A stretch of 64,000 bases of DNA from Guillardia theta CCMP2712 (taxonomy: Eukaryota > Protista > Cryptophyta). The stretch is taken from contig NW_005434582.1 of assembly GCF_000315625.1 (NCBI RefSeq), positions 152,768 through 216,767 on the forward strand, written 5' to 3'. Positions 58,440 to 64,000 of this stretch are shown here, in pieces; positions within the stretch are counted from its first letter, which is position 1, and each line of letters starts with the position of its first letter. Below the pieces are notes generated by a model that was not told where the DNA came from, made no database searches, and saw only the letters and a list, made by a program, of their open reading frames with translations. The position numbers and the translations under genes are program-made.

Positions 58440-60312
58440 GCTGTTGTGAGGGCGGAGAAAGGAGATAAAGTCGATGAAGCTAAATTAGCTACGAGTATTT
58501 GTAGATTGACAACAATCCTGAGAAAGGCTGGTCAGCCATGCGCAGAACGATGATATTGCAAACATTCATTCATCACGCATAAAAGGCTATCTTTGCGTTT
58601 CCTCTCTACCAGTCTCTTTCTTAACATCGCTCTCCTTCACTCGCTCCTTTCCTTTCAGTTTCTTTCTCTCTCGGGATCATTTCCTTTGTGATGCTCTGCT
58701 GCCTGCCTGCCTGCCTGCCTGCCTCCTTCACTCCTTCCCTGCCTCTGGTATCTTCCTCACTGTGCCTCCTCGTCTCTCTTCGCTCCCTTCCTCTTGCTCG
58801 TCATCGGATTGCTACCTGCCCCCTTTATGCCCCCGATCCTTGCCCCTGAACTTGAAGGGGGCGAGTAACCTTCCGAGCCATCCTCTACCCCCCCTTGACC
58901 CACATTCTACACAATAGGGGGTGGGGTCAGAAAGTTCTCTTTGACCAGCAGGGAGCGCCCGGTACCTTTTCGGTGTGGTGAGACAGGGGTAGGGGTCCAA
59001 CATCAGTGATCACTGGGGTACAATTTGGGGAGGCTGCAGGGGTGGGTGGGGTACTGCGCTATTTTCGACCAATGTCCCGCGGAAGGGCCTCGTCCGGTGA
59101 GGCTGCAAGCTCTGCGATGGCATTACGGCAAATCGACTACACAAGGGCTCCGCCCTCAGAGATTGGAGAGCACTTAGAAGATCGGACACCATGGGGGACA
59201 TAGTTGGTTATCTGTGTGCCGCTGTGCAGCCCTGCCAGACTGGCGATGCCACGGCGTGTAGTAACAGTGAAGATATACAAGTACGGCGACACCGGGTGGG
59301 GTGGTAGGGCCCTGCCAGTTATCAATCTGACTGGGACCACTCAGTGACTGCCGGGTCAGGGGGGTGGGTGGGTGGGCATGATGACTGATAGTAGGGGTAA
59401 AGCGACCGGCTGTTTTAAAAGTCGGGTTTTAAAGGAGCGACTGGCAAGTGAAGGAGGCGGTTAAAACTCTCCGAGGTCACGTTTAGGGGGGTTTAGCGCT
59501 GGTTTAGTTAGGTTTAGTCGGCCTCGGACCTGCACGGTCCGTCAGTTCCGTCTCTCCGTAGTCTACGGTACAAACGTATTGGCACGGCACGGTACCACGG
59601 TATCCCGGAGCCTCCGTCCAAGTTGAAAAGTTATTTTTTGACGTGACGGCCAGGCTGGCAGGCCGGGCCGGGGCCGGGCCGCCGGGCTCCGAGTCAGTGC
59701 CAACACGCCGCCGCAGCCGGGGGAACTTGGCCCCGGCGGTGCCGGCTGCCGCAGTGCCCGGGCCCGGCCCAGCGGGCTGCCGCTCAGCTCAGTGCCGCCA
59801 CCGCTCAGTGCCAGCGGAGCCTGGCCCGGGCTCAGCCTGCCCAGGCCGCCGCCCTGACTCAGTGAGCTGCGGCGGCGGCGCGGCCCAAAAAACAAATGGG
59901 CCCCGGACCCGGCCGGCCGGTGTGGTGATCTGAGGCGGGGTGGTGACCCTTCGCACAAGAGCCAACAATCGCCATGGTGAGTCGTGTGAGCAGGAGAGCA
60001 GGAGAGCAGAGTGTGCGAGGGGAAGGTTATCCAGTACCAACATAGTTGGGTTGTCCTCACAGTGATGATCGTTGGATTGAATGCCGTGATGACGGTGGAG
60101 ATGAATATGATCTTTATGGAACAATGAACGATGAGAAAACAATCAACGATGGTGGCGGCGGCGGTGGTGGTGGTGGTGATATATGATGCTGGAAAGTTAA
60201 GCTGTGGTGCTCATGATGGTTGTCTATCCGGCACACTGTGCGTTTGCATGTGTTGAAAATCAACAGTCAGTTCCGAGCGGTGTGATGTAACAAGCTCCTA
60301 TGTTTCTCCCTG

Positions 60313-60655
60313 ATGTTTCTGTTCAATCTCAGCAACCGTTCCTGTCCTCGGCTCGTGTCCTCCCCCTGCGTGTGCTCGTTTACCATCACCGCATCTTCCC
60401 CCAGATCACGACTCGCATCACCTGCCTCCTCCTCCTTGTCACAGCCATTGCCTACCTGTAGCTGACTTGGCTCGGCAGCTTCAGAGTCTGTGGGAGCACA
60501 AGAAGTCGCCGTCCCTGTTGGACCCCAAGACACACACCTACATGCTCGCTAAGTGGGCCGACAACTCCGGCAACTCTGAGGGTGACATGGGAACCAACGT
60601 GGTGTGGATGATGCCGCAGCTGTGGAATGTCGACGGCAAGAAGGCTCACCACTAA
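60313..60655 (+). CDS. Small two-exon hypothetical protein (about 72 aa)
   Basis: Exon 60313-60337 (MFLFNLSN+C), GT..AG intron 60338-60461, then in-phase PDLARQLQSLWEHKKSPSLLDPKTHTYMLAKWADNSGNSEGDMGTNVVWMMPQLWNVDGKKAHH*, with C/G-ending codon bias. Confidence 0.5.
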
Positions 60656-60913
60656 AGAAGGCAATGAAGGCAGCTGAGTGTTGTTGATATTCTTGAATTC
60701 TTTCATGAGGAAGCGAGGAGGAGGAGGAGGATGTGGTGGTGGTGGTGGAGGAAGGGTTGTTTCCACTCTGTAAAGATCTTTCTCTGGACAACTTATCAAA
60801 CACGAGCTACTGTACATGCACGAGCGGAGGTGGAGGTCAAACGTAGACCTCCTGCTTCCTGCATGATGGGAGTTGCTTCCAATCCTTCACATGCGCTATG
60901 TCTTCCTCCTCTT

Positions 60914-63900
60914 TCACATGTCGCTGAAGTAGACCTCGAGAGAGGAGGCGAGCCGGCCGTCTGCAGCAGAGAGCTGCGCCATGATCTGTCCTCCCTTCAG
61001 TCCCTCCTCCCTCCCTCCCTCCTCCCTCCCTCCCTCCCCCCTTTCCCCATCTCTCCCTCCAACTCCCGCTTCCTCTTCCGAACACCCACCTGTCGGAGGG
61101 TCGACTGTCGCTCCATGGCCCGGCTGAGACCCTCGTCGACCTCAGCAGCATCTTTGGGTTCGTACTTGCCCTGGACCCTCTGTCAGAGACAGCGAAAGGA
61201 GGGACGTGAAGCACAGAGAAGGAGAGGAGGAGAGGACAGGATGAATAAGAGGAAGCTGGAGAGGGGAGAGGAGCAGAGCAAAGGAGGAGTGGAGGAGAAA
61301 AGGGGAAGGAGGAGGGGAGCAGGAGAGCAGGAGAGGAGAAGAGCAGGAGAGGAGGAGAGGAGGAGAGGAGGAGGAGGGAGCGACGGATTGAGGGAGATGG
61401 GAAAGAGGAAGGGAAGGTGCAAAGGACACTGGAGGGTGATGGGGGAGAAGTTGGGTACCTGATCAAGAGCTTGGTACCTCTTCACCATCTTGTGAAGAGA
61501 ATAAATCTGCGGAAATGACTAAGACGAACGACGAGGGTGGGTGAGGATACGTTGTGATGTGAACAAGATCAGGGAGGAAGGAGAATGAGGGAGTCACTGG
61601 AGAGGCGAGAAATGGAGAGGAAGGAGGGAGGAGGGAACAAGAAGGGAGGAGGGAGGAGGGAGGAGGAGGAGGATTTGTCAGGCCTTCTCCTCACCTCTTG
61701 CTTCAGCATCTCTTTTTGCTTGTCCATGCTGTGCATCTGACCCAACATTTCGTCTTCCTCCCTCTGGAGCTCGCGAACTAGCAGCAAGAGCCAGTCAGAG
61801 GCGAGGAACAGTGGAAGTAAGAGAAGAGGGAAGGAGGGAGGGGAGGGGANNNNNNNNNNNNNNNNNNNNNNNNNNNNNNNNNNNNNNNNNNNNNNNNNNN
61901 NNNNNNNNNNNNNNNNNNNNNNNNNNNNNNNNNNNNNNNNNNNNNNNNNAAGGAATATTGTTAGCAGGGAATAAGGATGGGGTGAGAAGGGCGAAGGAAG
62001 CGAACGGGAGAAGGATGGGATGGGAGGCATGGGAGAAGGGAGAAGGGGAGGGAGAAGGGGAGGGAGGGAGAAGGGGAGGGACCTGGGCCTCGAACTTGGA
62101 CTTGAGGTTCTCAAACTTCCTGTTGAGGGAGTCGAGGTCGCGCATCTTCTTCTCTATGTCGTCGTTCCTCCTCCTTATCTCCACCTCGTACTTGGCAACC
62201 AGCTGCTCCTTTCTCTTCAGCTCCTCGTCGATCTCCTTGATCGTCGACTTGAGCTGGTCGTTGTGCGCCATCGTGTTCAGCGCGTCGACCCTGATCCTTG
62301 CGAGCTCGTTCCTCACTTGCGCCGCCTCGTTCTCCTTGGCATGCATCTGCGCCTGCATCCCCTGCGTCTGCTTGTCGATGCTCTGCGCGGCCTTCTGCAG
62401 GGTCGTCTGCTCCGCGATGGACTGGAGGATCCCTTGCTCGATCTTCTGCGTCTCATTGGACGTGCTGGCGATCATCTTGTCCATCTTGGCGATCTCCTCC
62501 GTGACGACCTTCTTCTCGCTCTCAACCTGTGCAAGCTCTCCTTCCGACTGCTCCAGAGACTTCTGAAGGATGCTGAACTGCTCCTGCAGCCTGTTCCTCT
62601 CTGCCACCACTTGCTCCACCTGCCTCTCCAGGAAGGCCGCGCTGTTGCGGATCTTGTTGAGGATGGAGGAGAGGTATTCGTTGCGATCCTGCTCCTTCTT
62701 GATCGACTGCTTGAAGGAGCTGATCTCTCCCACGACCGCCATCTCCTGCTGCTGCACTTCCTTCAGAACCTTCTCCGCTCCTTGCAGGTGCTCGTCCCTC
62801 CTCTGGACGGCGAGCAGCGAGCTCTTCCACTGCTGGATCAGCTGCTTCTTCTCGAAGCGGATCTTCTCCATCTCATCATTCGCCTCTCCCAGCACCCTCT
62901 TCGCTGCCTCCGTCTCCTCCTTCTGCGCCGCAAGCTGGGAGGAGAACATCTGCAGCTTGTCCTCCAGCACCTTTGTGCTCTTCATCAGGTCGTCGATCAG
63001 CAGGTCTTGATGCTTCTTCTCCTGCTCCAAGTTCGACACCTGCTCCTCCGCCTTGTACGTCGCTCGGCGCGTGATGGCAATCTCGCTCTTCATCTGCTGG
63101 TTGTACTGCTCCACCTGCTGAAGCGTCGCGTTGAGCTTGTCCAACTCGATCTGGAACTTGTTCATCCTCTTCGTCTGGTCTGCGATCTCCGCCTGCTTCT
63201 TGTCATAGTCCTTGCTGATTGTCTTCGCCTGATCTTCCGCCTGCTCCCGCACCCGCCGCACGTTGTTGAAGCTCTCGTGCGCCTTCTCCAGCATGATCTG
63301 CATCCGCGCAAGCTGCTGCTGCACCCCGTACAGCTCCACACCGACGTCCTCCTTCTGCCTCACTAGCCGCCTCAGCTCTTCGTCCTTCTCTCGCAGGTCC
63401 TCGGTCACTTTCCTCTGCTGATCTTCCAGCTGCTTTGTGAGGGCAGCACGGATCCTTGCGAACAGGGGGTTCGATGGATCCAGCTCCTCCTCCTCCCCTT
63501 CATCATATCCCGCTTCCTCCCTCCCACCGTCCTCGTCCTCGTCCTCGCCCTCGTCAAACTCTTGTCCCTCCTGAGACAGCAAGGGCTCCCCTCCTTCATC
63601 TCCCTCCTCTCCCTCGTCTCGAATCTCGCCCTCACCCTCGTCAAGCGGGTCGATGCCTTCCGGGTCCTCGTCGAAGTCTGCCCCGTCCACCGGCTCATCG
63701 GCAACCTCGCCATCGCCCTCGAGATCCTCCTCGTTGAAACCTGCTCACACGGCATGAGCAAGAGCCCCACGGCAGCAGACGGTCAAAAGTTCAGGTGACA
63801 ATCATCGAACAATTCTCATCGAGCTGCTCTCATCGAACAACTTTCATCATGCCATTCATCACACGTGGGATCAGATACACGAGAACACTAACTCTACACT

Positions 63901-64000
63901 CTGCAGCAACATCATACGCAGCTTCACCTTCTCCAGCCGTTGGACTTCCACCTTGGAACTCAATGCTGGGCTCGCCTCCAATGTTCTCATCACTCTCTCG
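60914..64000 (-). CDS. CCDC40: Coiled-coil domain-containing protein 40 (axonemal 96-nm ruler subunit); 5' end probably at or beyond the window edge
   Basis: Acidic N-terminus, then LDPSNPLFARIRAALTKQL, KEDVGVELYGVQQQLARMQ, SEIAITRRATYKAE, KKHQDLLID and KKQLIQQWKSSLLAVQRRDE. Last exon ...SSLEVYFSDM*. Confidence 0.88.
61850..61949. other. Assembly gap (about 100 N) inside the CCDC40 gene
   Basis: Run of N between purine-rich intron sequences. Confidence 0.97.

Noticed and set aside
1-64000. Autonomous transposon, viral insert, rRNA or tRNA genes
   Set aside because: No reverse transcriptase, integrase, transposase, capsid or structural-RNA signatures recognised by eye; tRNAscan-SE, Infernal and RepeatModeler would be needed to exclude them formally.

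Overview
Gene-dense eukaryotic nuclear DNA with many short GT-AG introns (often about 45-70 nt), purine/pyrimidine-tract introns and two 100-N assembly gaps. Signal-peptide+Phe leaders and a flagellar gene suggest a flagellated alga with a complex plastid; a cryptophyte such as Guillardia is my inference and is not verified. Genes read by eye, left to right: a spliced GAF-like + HPP-family transporter fusion (-); a small intronless W/G-rich ORF; an AhpD/CMD-like CxxC protein; a probably plastid-targeted ClpF-like protein with about 6 UVR motifs plus a YccV/HspQ domain; a giant (about 13.4 kb) LRR-only gene built from about 22 capped modules; a coiled-coil + TKL kinase; an FAD-oxidoreductase + cyclopropane-synthase-type methyltransferase + TLC-like triple fusion; a secreted unknown; a BOR1-like SLC4 transporter; a JmjN/JmjC demethylase; an LRR/Cys-rich pseudogene; two coiled-coil unknowns; a tandem pair of EF-hand genes with a gene-conversion-like tract; a small spliced ORF; and CCDC40. 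Intergenic spacers share ACCCC/GGGGT tracts, CCGG/TGAGTCA-rich tracts and a recurring TTTACTCAAAGTTAAGTTAAAAAT motif. Strongest candidates for something undescribed: the GAF-HPP putative nitrite transceptor, the lipid-modifying triple fusion and the modular giant LRR. Exon boundaries were assigned by eye and no database searches were run.
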